Source of the DNA: Myxococcota bacterium
Lineage (GTDB): Bacteria; Myxococcota; UBA4151
DNA: 23,552 nucleotides
Reading direction: 5' to 3'
Assembly: GCA_040260805.1 (NCBI GenBank)
Contig: JBDQPD010000050.1
Coordinates: 1 to 23,552, forward strand
Shown here: piece by piece, positions 15,405 through 23,552 of the stretch
Numbering within the stretch: position 1 is the first letter of the stretch
Layout of the letters: each line of letters opens with the position of its first letter
Program-made: the position numbers and the translations under genes
The notes under the pieces: model-generated
What the model was told of the DNA's origin: nothing
Seen by the model: the letters and a program-made list of their open reading frames with translations, nothing else
Database searches by the model: none

Positions 15405-16565
15405 CTATTTAATCAAAACTCGCTCGCTAAAGCTACTGGCTCCGCCCGCATCAACTCCCCAAACCTTGATCTCAGCAGCGCCTGAGCGGTCGCCGAAGCC
15501 GTGATTCAGTTGAACTTCGAGGGTGGTGCAATATCCATACACACCACCGCCCGTCTCGTTCGCGAGCACACCACTACAACTTGCGCCCTGAATCGAACCC
15601 ATGCCTGCATACCTGAAGCTCACGGACTCACTGACGCAGTTCGCCCCGTCTTGATCACAAACAGCTTGCACTGGCGTATCCACGACTTCCATTTCCGAGA
15701 AGAGATCAAACACGTCGCCGTCATGACGCAGCGTAAAGGCATCATTGGGATCCGCAATGTTGCCGTTTCCATATTGGACGACCAGCCAATGTCCGCTCGA
15801 ACTTTCTACCAATGCTTGGCGACTGCTCCGGCCAATCGAGTAGCTCTCAGTTTGCGCTAGAGCGCCAACGGTACCGCACGCCCCTTGGACAAACTCATCA
15901 AGGTTTGCGCCACAGGATTCAGTATTTGAGTTGCCCACACGCCTCTGGAGGACAAGGGTCCAACCCCCACCGCCTGTCTCCATATCGCAGAACACTTCAA
16001 TCGGTACCACCGCGCCGGCACCATCGGGGTCGACCCAGTAGCTGCCGCTTTGAAGTTCAGGGTAGTCTGCGAGTAAACTCGAACAACTCTGCGCCGCTAA
16101 ATCGGCGCTTGAACCGTTCGGCGGTGTCGGACCACCTGCGTCGAGTACCGGAGCGGGCGGTCCGGCATCAGGAGTCCCTGCGTCAAGCTCCGGCGCAGGC
16201 CCTCCGGCATCACTATTTCCTGCTTCAGGTCTCGGCGGAACCCCCGACTCTAGACAGTAGCCACCAATGCAAACCTCTCCAGCTTCGCAGTCATCGTCTT
16301 GGCGACATTCTATCGTACGGCCGGTGTCGACAGCGGCTCCAGCATCATAGACCGACTGTGGTCCTGCATCGCCGCCCGGCTCTACACCCGGAGCCGACGC
16401 TGAAGGATAACATTGGCTCGCCCGGCAAACGTGATCCGGAAAGTCGCTGCCCAGCTCTTCAACCGAACAATCCGCGTTGCTCTCGCAGGGCGGATTCTTC
16501 GCCTCAAACGAACCCGGACAAGCGAGCATTACAAAGGACAATCCCAGCATCACAGATAGCCGCAT
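15405..16565 (-). CDS. Lipoprotein with short Cys-rich modules, DAG/Pro linker and a C-terminal fibrinogen-related (CDMxxxGGGW) domain
   Basis: GGGAGG then ATG 16565; lipobox MLAC. Domain signature 'SCSSLLADYPELQSGSYWVDPDG..PIEVFCDMETGGGGWTLV'. An alternative in-frame ATG lies at 16643. Confidence 0.85.
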   Translation of the reverse strand: MRLSVMLGLSFVMLACPGSFEAKNPPCESNADCSVEELGSDFPDHVCRASQCYPSASAPGVEPGGDAGPQSVYDAGAAVDTGRTIECRQDDDCEAGEVCIGGYCLESGVPPRPEAGNSDAGGPAPELDAGTPDAGPPAPVLDAGGPTPPNGSSADLAAQSCSSLLADYPELQSGSYWVDPDGAGAVVPIEVFCDMETGGGGWTLVLQRRVGNSNTESCGANLDEFVQGACGTVGALAQTESYSIGRSSRQALVESSSGHWLVVQYGNGNIADPNDAFTLRHDGDVFDLFSEMEVVDTPVQAVCDQDGANCVSESVSFRYAGMGSIQGASCSGVLANETGGGVYGYCTTLEVQLNHGFGDRSGAAEIKVWGVDAGGASSFSERVLIK

Positions 16566-16714
16566 GAAGCCTCCCGAATCCCAGCTTGGCCGCTTCTCGG
16601 TGCGGCCGGCAAGCGTTGGCACGCTCTGAGTGGTCTTCCTCATTAAAATTCTGATCTCGGACGATTGTCCGAGACCTCCTTTCCCGGATCACCAACTACG
16701 GCTAGAAGCCCGTC

Positions 16715-18817
16715 ATGCTAAGCCTTACGCTCGTCTTTGCTCAGGTTGTGTCCGCCACACCAGCGGTCCAGCCACCCCGAATTGATGGCCGGCTCGATGA
16801 GCAGCTTTGGCAGGGGGAGCCGATCATTTCTGAGCTCCGGCAACGCGCTCCTCAAGAGGGGGCGCCTGCCACCGACGACACCAAGGTGTGGGTTAGCTAT
16901 GACCGTGATCACCTCTACATTGCGTTTGAGGTGATCCAGGCGAGTCCGGTGCGTGCGTACTATCTTGAGCCTGACTTCTCGCGCGGCGACGACACCATCG
17001 CCGTGCTGATCGACCCATGGAAAGACCGACGCAATGGGTTCTTATTCGAAATCAATGCTAATGGGGCGCGCAAGGATGTGCTGACTACCGACAACGGCAG
17101 CTCGAGAAACAGCGCATGGAATGGGGTGTGGTGGGCCGAAACCCAGCGTAACCTCAAGGGCTGGACCGCTGAGTTGCGGATCCCCTTCGCCACGCTCAAC
17201 TTCCCACTCGCCGAGGTTCACAGCTGGGGCTTCAACGTCCAACGCCGCATCTCCAAAGGGCGCCAAGAAGCGGTCTGGCAAGGCTGGCAGCGGCGCTTTG
17301 ATTTCGCTGACCCCGCGGTTGCCGGCACGCTCGAAGGGCTGCGCTCGATCCGCAGCGGACAACGCGTGCAACTCAGACCCTACGCCATGGGTGGGTTTTC
17401 CAAGGTCACCGAGGACGGTGTCGTCGAGCAAATCGCGCTAAAAGGGGTCGGTCTCGATGTCGATGCGTTGATCAGTCCACCGGTCAAACTCAGCGTGACC
17501 ATCAACCCAGACTTTGCCCAAGTTGAGGCAGATCAAGCGCAGCTCAACCTCTCCCACCACTCGCTCTACCTTCCCGAAAAGAGGCTCTTCTTTATCGAGG
17601 GAAAAGACTTCTTCTCGTTTGGGACAAGCTCGAGCAACCAACCCTTTTACAGCCGGCGCATTGGCCTGGATGAAGAGGACGAACCTCAGGCTATTCTTGG
17701 TGGTATCCGGCTGCTCGGGCGCGCCGGAAAAACCCGCATCGGCTTGCTCTCTGCTCAGGTCAGCGAGGAGGCTTGGAGCCTCGATAAGACCCACAACGCG
17801 AGCGTCATTCGAGTGAAACAGAACCTATTCAAGCAGTCGTCGATTGGTGGCCTGGGCACCGTCTTGACCCAAGGCAGCGACGTGCAAGGTGTTGCGGGCT
17901 TGGATTTGCGTCTGCGCTCGACCCAGTTTCTGGGGAAAAATACCATCGAGGCAGAGGCGGCAGGCGCCGTCGGCTGGTCCAATGACGAAGGGCAAAAGGG
18001 CGAAACCTGGCGCCTAGGCTTGGATTGGCCGAACAAGAACTGGGATGCGGGCCTGATGTGGGAGCGAATCAGCGCAGACTACGAACCGGCCTTGGGCTTT
18101 ACCGCGCTCACCGGGGTCGATCGCTTGCGCTTGGATACGCACTACACGCACCACTACAAAAATCTCAAACACCCGCTACGCAATATCCAGTTCAGCCCCT
18201 TTACCGGATACATCGAGCTCGATGAAGAGACCGCCGCGTGGAGTCACTACCGAGTCGACGTCGTCCCGATTGAGGGCGTCAGCCGAGGTGGGCGCTGGGC
18301 TAAACTCAACCTCTTCGCCAAAGGCTTTGTGCTCGATGAGCCCTGGGAAATCCTTGAAGGCTACACCGCTGCCGTCGGCGAGTATCAAGATGTGGGGATC
18401 CAGGCGATGTTTGCTAATGGCTGGCAACGTCAGCTCGGCTTGTACACCTACATCGAAGAGGCTCAGTACTTTGGTGGGCGACGCACGAGCGGTCGGTTGT
18501 GGGTGCAATGGAAGGCGAGCCCAAACTTTAGGGTGTCCTCAAGCAACGGGCTCTACTGGATGCGCAATGACGACAGCTCGGCGCTGGGACGAGACCACAA
18601 CCTGCGTCTGCGCTCGAGCCTGAACCGAGCCTGGCACGGCAGCCTGCTCGGGCAATGGAACAGCGCCAGTGAGAACACGCTGGTCAACCTCAGGCTGCGC
18701 TACATCCCCCGCCCTGGCGCCGACGCCTATCTCGTGCTCAATCAGGCGTGGGACAAATCGTGGACCCCTATTGGGACCAGTATCCAGGCGAAATTGGTCT
18801 GGCAGTATGGCTTGTAG
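16715..18817 (+). CDS. CBM9-like + DUF5916 predicted outer-membrane beta-barrel protein
   Basis: N-terminal 'PRIDGRLDEQLW..VWVSYDRDHLYIAF..GWTAELRIPFATLNF..WGFN'; 'TINPDFAQVEAD..LYLPEKRLFFIEG..FYSRRIG'. Amphipathic beta strands with an aromatic C-terminal strand (KLVWQYGL). Confidence 0.85.
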   Translation: MLSLTLVFAQVVSATPAVQPPRIDGRLDEQLWQGEPIISELRQRAPQEGAPATDDTKVWVSYDRDHLYIAFEVIQASPVRAYYLEPDFSRGDDTIAVLIDPWKDRRNGFLFEINANGARKDVLTTDNGSSRNSAWNGVWWAETQRNLKGWTAELRIPFATLNFPLAEVHSWGFNVQRRISKGRQEAVWQGWQRRFDFADPAVAGTLEGLRSIRSGQRVQLRPYAMGGFSKVTEDGVVEQIALKGVGLDVDALISPPVKLSVTINPDFAQVEADQAQLNLSHHSLYLPEKRLFFIEGKDFFSFGTSSSNQPFYSRRIGLDEEDEPQAILGGIRLLGRAGKTRIGLLSAQVSEEAWSLDKTHNASVIRVKQNLFKQSSIGGLGTVLTQGSDVQGVAGLDLRLRSTQFLGKNTIEAEAAGAVGWSNDEGQKGETWRLGLDWPNKNWDAGLMWERISADYEPALGFTALTGVDRLRLDTHYTHHYKNLKHPLRNIQFSPFTGYIELDEETAAWSHYRVDVVPIEGVSRGGRWAKLNLFAKGFVLDEPWEILEGYTAAVGEYQDVGIQAMFANGWQRQLGLYTYIEEAQYFGGRRTSGRLWVQWKASPNFRVSSSNGLYWMRNDDSSALGRDHNLRLRSSLNRAWHGSLLGQWNSASENTLVNLRLRYIPRPGADAYLVLNQAWDKSWTPIGTSIQAKLVWQYGL

Positions 18818-18921
18818 CGCGCTCTAGAGCGCTGATCGAAGACAAGTTGAACGGTTGATCACTCGGACAGCGCGTGACTTGTCGCCACCGAATGGACGTG
18901 CGAGATATTGTCCACACATCC

Positions 18922-19953
18922 ATGAACACGACGAACTCAGAATCAAAGAACCTCGTACCGGGCCTCGCCTTGGTCACTTTACTCTCGCTCGTAGCCTTTT
19001 GGGTTGCCGGTACATCTGCTCTGACCGCGCTGCGAATCAGCCCGCTGATCGTCGGCATTTTGATCGGTGTGGTCGTGGGCAACACGGCGCAGCAGCAGCT
19101 GAACGGCAGCCTCGAGCCGGGCATCACCTTTGCGGCGAAGAGGGTCCTTCGACTAGCGATTATACTCTACGGCTTTCGGATCACTTTTACCCAAGTGGCG
19201 AGCGTCGGCGCGATGGGGATCGCCCTTGATGTGTTCATGGTGGCGTCCACCCTAATACTCGGTGCGTTCCTTGGTGTTCGATGGCTCGGCATGGACAAAG
19301 AGACAGCGATCCTCACGGCATCAGGTGCTGCGATTTGTGGCGCAGCGGCGGTGATCGCTACCGAGCCTGTCGTGAAAGCACAGCGCCATCAAACGGCGGT
19401 CGCCGTAGCGACCGTGGTGATCTTTGGCACCGTCGCTATGGTGCTTTATCCGCTGATCTATCGAACCGGTATCGTTCCGCTCAGCGAGCAAGCCTTTGGT
19501 GTCTACATCGGCGCCACCTTGCACGGGGTCGCCCACGCCGTCGCTGCGAGCGACGCGACTGGCCCCCAAGCCGCCGATATCGCCATCATCGTTAAAATGA
19601 CCCGCGTCCTAATGCTCGCGCCGGCGCTGCTAATTATCGGCTGGTGGCTGAGCAGAGCGTCGCGCGCTCAGGGTGACAAGACGCCGGTCACGGTTCCGTG
19701 GTTCGCGGTTGGGTTTATCGCGGTTGCTGCGTTTAACTCGCTCGAGCTGCTGCCGCCAGTGTGGGTCGAGCGCATCGTGGCGATCGACACCTTTTTACTG
19801 ACCATGGCGATGACCGGTTTAGGCCTTGGAACCGTCCTGGATAAGTTCAAAGGTGTGGGCTTGGCGCCCTTTAAGCTCGCCCTCACCTTATTCCTTTGGT
19901 TGATCATCAGCGGCTTTACTGCGACCTGGTTACTCTTCGGAAACATCGCCTAG
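18922..19953 (+). CDS. yeiH: YeiH / UPF0324 putative sulfate exporter family membrane protein
   Basis: Motifs 'LRLAIILYGFRITF', 'GAAICGAAAVIAT', 'IVKMTRVLMLAP', 'PWFAVGF' and 'LLTMAMTGLGL'. The start is uncertain (ATG 18922 chosen; the track gives 18874). Confidence 0.92.
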   Translation: MNTTNSESKNLVPGLALVTLLSLVAFWVAGTSALTALRISPLIVGILIGVVVGNTAQQQLNGSLEPGITFAAKRVLRLAIILYGFRITFTQVASVGAMGIALDVFMVASTLILGAFLGVRWLGMDKETAILTASGAAICGAAAVIATEPVVKAQRHQTAVAVATVVIFGTVAMVLYPLIYRTGIVPLSEQAFGVYIGATLHGVAHAVAASDATGPQAADIAIIVKMTRVLMLAPALLIIGWWLSRASRAQGDKTPVTVPWFAVGFIAVAAFNSLELLPPVWVERIVAIDTFLLTMAMTGLGLGTVLDKFKGVGLAPFKLALTLFLWLIISGFTATWLLFGNIA

Positions 19954-19955
19954 AG

Positions 19956-20441
19956 ATGCTATTAAGACCGCTCAGCGCAGCCGACAGCGAGGCGCTCTGG
20001 AGTATTAATGAAGAGGGTCTACCCGGTGTCGGTAACGTCTCTCAAACCGAGCTCGCGAAGCTAGTCGACCTCGCCGAACTTGCGCTCGGTGCGTTCTGTG
20101 AGGGACAGCTGGTCGGCTTTGTGATCTGCTTGCCGCCCAGAACAGCCTACAGCAGCCTCAATTATGGCTGGTTTAACGCCCGCTATGACGAGTTTTTGTA
20201 TGTGGATCGAGTTGCGGTGGCTCAAGCCTTTCGAGGGCGACAGGTCGGGACAACTTTATACCAAAGCGTGTTCGCTCACGCTCAACGCTCGAGCAAGCCC
20301 GTCGCGGCAGAGGTTAATCTTCACCCGCCGAACCCCGGCTCCATGCGGTTTCATCGCCGGCACGGCTTCGCAGAGGTCGGGACGATCGATCACGGGAGCT
20401 GTCGAGTCTGTACGCTGCTTCGAAGCAGCTCGCATGACTGA
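19956..20441 (+). CDS. GNAT family N-acetyltransferase (COG3818-like)
   Basis: 'YSSLNYGWF..FLYVDRVAV..RGRQVGTTLY' (acetyl-CoA motif A) and 'EVNLHPPNPGSMRFHRRHGFAEVG'. ATG 19956 lies 2 nt after the yeiH stop. Confidence 0.9.
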   Translation: MLLRPLSAADSEALWSINEEGLPGVGNVSQTELAKLVDLAELALGAFCEGQLVGFVICLPPRTAYSSLNYGWFNARYDEFLYVDRVAVAQAFRGRQVGTTLYQSVFAHAQRSSKPVAAEVNLHPPNPGSMRFHRRHGFAEVGTIDHGSCRVCTLLRSSSHD

Positions 20442-20448
20442 GCGCTGA

Positions 20449-22983
20449 TTATCGGAACTCGACGAGCCGCGGCGTTTGAAACGAGTCATCGAGCGAGTTC
20501 ACTCCCGTCTCCCCTCGAGCGTTCATACCCCAACACGAGACCCTGTGGTCTCGGTGACGAATACAGGTCACGTTGCTACCGGTGCTCACCTCGGCGGCGT
20601 CGTTCACTCGACCGATCATACGAGGCACATGGATATCCCAGCGTGCGCCGATACCGCCTCCCTGCCAGATGGTACCAACCCCCCAACAAAACACTCTGCC
20701 GGAATCCACCACGGCGCAGCTGTGCTGGTTACCAGCTGCTACATCCGTGACGTTCTCAAGATTGACACGCTGAGGCGTTACAGCGCAGTGCACGTGATCG
20801 TTGTCGTTGCCGTTCTCTTGAGCGGGCGAGAAGCGCGGATTACAAAATCCGGTTTGATGCCAACCCACGCCCAACTGACCTTCCTCATTCCGCCCCCAGC
20901 AATACAGCTCATTCTGGTCATTGACCGCACATGCATGTCGCATCCCAACCGCAAAATCGATGACGGTCCCTAACCCCTCAACAGCGGTCGGTGCGCCGAC
21001 ACATTCATAACGAGCAGCAGGGAAATTGGGATTTGGGCACAGCATCGCCGTATCGGCTGGGGCTTGCCCGACTTGTCCGACGTCGTTGAGCCCCCAGCAC
21101 GCTAAGCGCCCGCTCGCGGTCAAAGCGCAAGACGTTCTGCTGGACGCAGTCCCCTCAACGTAAACCACCGGGTCCTCTGGGTTGGGCATCTCGAGCCATC
21201 CAAGATTCGGCTCATCACGATTGATGGCTTCGAGCGGCGTGTTGCGCCCCAAAAGTCCATAAGCAGATTCACCCCAACTCAAGACGCGACCTTCTTTAAT
21301 TCCAAAGATCGTCCGGCCGGCCACCGCCACGCCAGCTAGTCCGTTCATCCACCAATGCAGCCCTCGCAGTCCCGGAATACAGCGTTTGTTCCGTGCGTCC
21401 GGGCACATGCGCTCGTGCGAGCCCGGAACACCGAGCGCGTGAGAGTTCTCACCAGCGCAGTACATAAAGCCTCGATTATTGGTCATGCAGACGAGGTGCT
21501 CACCCATCGACATGCTCCCAAGACCCATGACCTCGCCTTGGATCCTCAAGGGTCGTCGGGCGCACGAGACGAAGCGACCGCCGATGGCGCAAGTCCCTAA
21601 GCCCGGCGTATCCTCACCGAGGAGAAGCCTCCCGTTGTAGCCCGTACACCAAAGCGCTCCGTTTTGATTAAAGCAGGTATTTTCACCGCTGTTGACCATG
21701 GACCGCCGCCAGTTGCAGTCTTCCCGGCACGAGAAGGAACCAATCGAAGGATCTTCAGGGTCGCACGATTCGTGCGCTTCAACGACGCCGTTACCGCAGG
21801 TCGTTTGGATCGACACTCGATAGCGCGCCGAAGGCAGATTAAAAGCCGATTGAACGGTCAGATAGACCACTTCTTGCGCGACCAGTGTCACCTCGAGCTC
21901 GACGACAAAAATGTTAGCTCCGGTGGCGGTGTTTCGAGAGTTGAGTAACTCACCATGAGCGTCGCTCACTGAAGCGGTCAGGTCGATGCGGTTCTCAGTG
22001 CCTTCAAGCGGTAACGACTCCGTGCGGAATCGATACGTACCCGGTAAGTCAGCCACCCACCTGAGCTGATCAAGATCGTCTGTGCGCTGCACCAAACCAT
22101 CGACGCCACCTGCGGTCAGTGCCGTAGCGAACTCAATGGTGTCGCCATGGTCATCCAGCCGACACTCCACCGAGCACTCGTCCATCGGCTCGGTGTTGCC
22201 ATCATCGCACACCTCAAAGCCCGCTTCACCCAGCTCAAGGTCAGCCCGAACAACGCCGTCGCCGCAGCGCGCCACCGTGCAAAGGCTTGTGCACGCGTCC
22301 TCATCGATCGCGTTGCCGTCATCGCACGCTTCGGTGTGCACACCTCCGGGGTCGAAACGCTCATAGCCGTCGCCGCAGCGAGGCAGTTGGCAATCGCTCA
22401 AGCAGCCATCTGTTTGCGCTAGATTGCCGTCATCACATTCTTCGCCGACATGGAGCACGCCGTCGCCGCAACGCGACAAGGTGCAGTCGTTTAGACAGTA
22501 ATCGTCATCCTGCCGGTTCCCATCATCACAGATCTCACCGGCTTGTAGGATCCCATCGCCGCAGCTGGCGAGCTCGCAGTTGTTCAGGCAGGTGTCGGTC
22601 TGTTGGTCGTTGCCATCATCACAGGCTTCGTTGGCGTGGACGATACCATCGCCGCAAAACGGCGGTGCGCACAGGATCGTGCAATTGTCTTGGTCGTTGG
22701 TGTTGCCGTCGTCACACGCCTCAAACTCCGCCGAGTCCTCAAGCAGATCTCGTCGACGAATCCCATCACCGCAGCGCGCCACCTCGCAGCGGTTCGTGCA
22801 CGCGTCTCGGTCGTCGATGTTCCCGTCGTCGCAGGCTTCGTAGCCTTGCTGACCTAAGACCAAGTCAGCCCGCACGATCCCATCACCGCAGGTCGCGGCG
22901 GGTATCTGTGTAATCTCCGGCAAAGACGTGCTGCACGCGCACATCAAAGCGAGGAGGCACTGAAGAGGATAACGCCTGATCAT
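20449..22983 (-). CDS. Lipoprotein: seven Cys-rich repeats, PPC-like beta domain, one further repeat, C-terminal RCC1-type propeller
   Basis: ATG 22983, MIRRYPLQCLLALMCAC. PPC-like 'DDHGDTIEFATAL..DLDQLRW..GTYRFRT'. RCC1 blades 'HACAV..LYCWGRNEEGQLG' and 'HSCAV..VFCWG'. Confidence 0.9.
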   Translation of the reverse strand: MIRRYPLQCLLALMCACSTSLPEITQIPAATCGDGIVRADLVLGQQGYEACDDGNIDDRDACTNRCEVARCGDGIRRRDLLEDSAEFEACDDGNTNDQDNCTILCAPPFCGDGIVHANEACDDGNDQQTDTCLNNCELASCGDGILQAGEICDDGNRQDDDYCLNDCTLSRCGDGVLHVGEECDDGNLAQTDGCLSDCQLPRCGDGYERFDPGGVHTEACDDGNAIDEDACTSLCTVARCGDGVVRADLELGEAGFEVCDDGNTEPMDECSVECRLDDHGDTIEFATALTAGGVDGLVQRTDDLDQLRWVADLPGTYRFRTESLPLEGTENRIDLTASVSDAHGELLNSRNTATGANIFVVELEVTLVAQEVVYLTVQSAFNLPSARYRVSIQTTCGNGVVEAHESCDPEDPSIGSFSCREDCNWRRSMVNSGENTCFNQNGALWCTGYNGRLLLGEDTPGLGTCAIGGRFVSCARRPLRIQGEVMGLGSMSMGEHLVCMTNNRGFMYCAGENSHALGVPGSHERMCPDARNKRCIPGLRGLHWWMNGLAGVAVAGRTIFGIKEGRVLSWGESAYGLLGRNTPLEAINRDEPNLGWLEMPNPEDPVVYVEGTASSRTSCALTASGRLACWGLNDVGQVGQAPADTAMLCPNPNFPAARYECVGAPTAVEGLGTVIDFAVGMRHACAVNDQNELYCWGRNEEGQLGVGWHQTGFCNPRFSPAQENGNDNDHVHCAVTPQRVNLENVTDVAAGNQHSCAVVDSGRVFCWGVGTIWQGGGIGARWDIHVPRMIGRVNDAAEVSTGSNVTCIRHRDHRVSCWGMNARGETGVNSLDDSFQTPRLVEFR
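22162..22890 (-). repeat. Coding tandem array of 7 Cys-rich repeats
   Basis: Counted CGDG..E.CDDGN..C...C units. Confidence 0.9.
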
Positions 22984-23028
22984 AGCCGTGTTCCCAACAA
23001 CAAATGGTGATCCAAGCAAGCGGTTTCG

Positions 23029-23552
23029 CTAATCGGTCAGGTGCTGGATCAAGTAGGCGATCAGATCGCTCTCAAAACCTTCATTCCGTGTGCGGGTCCG
23101 GATCGCACACTCCATCCCTAAGTCCTGACAGCGATCATACAAGGCGTAATGCCCTCGAACGTGGTGAAGAATCTGCCAGCTTTGGTTCATCTCTTGCTGA
23201 CTCCAATCCTCCGTCTGGTTGGTCGTGATGAAGGGCGGGTCGCTCGGGTCGAGGTGCTCGTAATAATCGAGGACGTGAGACAAGCTGCGACCGGCCTGCG
23301 TGTTGACGAAGTCCTCAGCCGTCATCTGAGTCATCGCCACCTGCTTACCGCCAAGCCGATCACCTAACCACTGCTCACTAAAGCCGAGGAGCTCAGCCCA
23401 TCGATCAAAGGCATAGGTCACCTGACCGTAGTTGTGCCCGGCAACGCGGTTGCGGGCCCACCAAAGGTGCGGTGGCCAATTGCGTTTATAGTAGGGCGGT
23501 GCAACGAGGGGTTTGTTGGCAGGGGGTAGGTGATCGGGGTGGCGGTAAGCCG
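23029..23552 (-). CDS. C-terminal part of a gene entering from the right edge; possibly an alpha/beta hydrolase
   Basis: The frame is open to the window end (AYRHPDHLPPANKPLVAPPYYKRNWPPHLWWARNRVAGHNYGQVTYAFDRW..). 'LDPSDPPFIT..ILHH..LYDRCQDLGMEC' resembles esterase C-termini, but no nucleophile motif is in view. Confidence 0.6.
   Translation of the reverse strand, partial: AYRHPDHLPPANKPLVAPPYYKRNWPPHLWWARNRVAGHNYGQVTYAFDRWAELLGFSEQWLGDRLGGKQVAMTQMTAEDFVNTQAGRSLSHVLDYYEHLDPSDPPFITTNQTEDWSQQEMNQSWQILHHVRGHYALYDRCQDLGMECAIRTRTRNEGFESDLIAYLIQHLTD

Noticed and set aside
15812..16567. 251-aa plus-strand ORF
   Set aside because: Arg/Gln/His-rich antisense shadow of the fibrinogen-like gene.
16610..16690. 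TPP riboswitch resemblance on the plus strand (CTGAG...CTGATC)
   Set aside because: Lacks the ACCC and GCGNAGGGA elements and the P1/P2 pairing, and no thiamine gene is nearby.
23029..23421. Stand-alone 130-aa gene as given by the ORF track
   Set aside because: The frame stays open to the window edge, so it is more likely the tail of a longer gene.

Overview
A gene-dense bacterial chromosomal window with roughly 60% GC by eye, most likely Myxococcota. That assignment is inferred from the many CGDG..E.CDDGN cysteine-rich repeats, DAG linkers and Cys-rich lipoproteins. The left end is housekeeping: tRNA-Pro(GGG) with a terminator, then surE-yqaA-nlpD on the minus strand (nlpD runs off the edge and is missing from the ORF track). 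Most of the rest encodes six large Cys-rich predicted lipoproteins: one with Ig/PKD/YfaP-like domains, one with an unrecognised C-terminus, a QPD-type C-type lectin, two RCC1 propellers and a fibrinogen-like protein. Interspersed are a GTDC1/QTMAN-like (DUF3524) glycosyltransferase, a LaoAB-like Tat/GMC oxidoreductase pair, an RlmL-like methyltransferase with an altered catalytic motif, a CBM9/DUF5916 outer-membrane protein, yeiH and a GNAT. I saw no mobile element, CRISPR array or rRNA. The best leads are (1) a structured leader with competing terminator and anti-terminator helices upstream of the 691-aa lipoprotein, (2) the modular stalk-plus-head surface proteins, including an animal-like galactose-type lectin site and disulfide-closed variable loops on the RCC1 blades, and (3) the QTMAN-like gene, whose conserved N-terminus requires a non-canonical start, probably CTG. 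All family calls come from motif recognition by eye, with no database searches.
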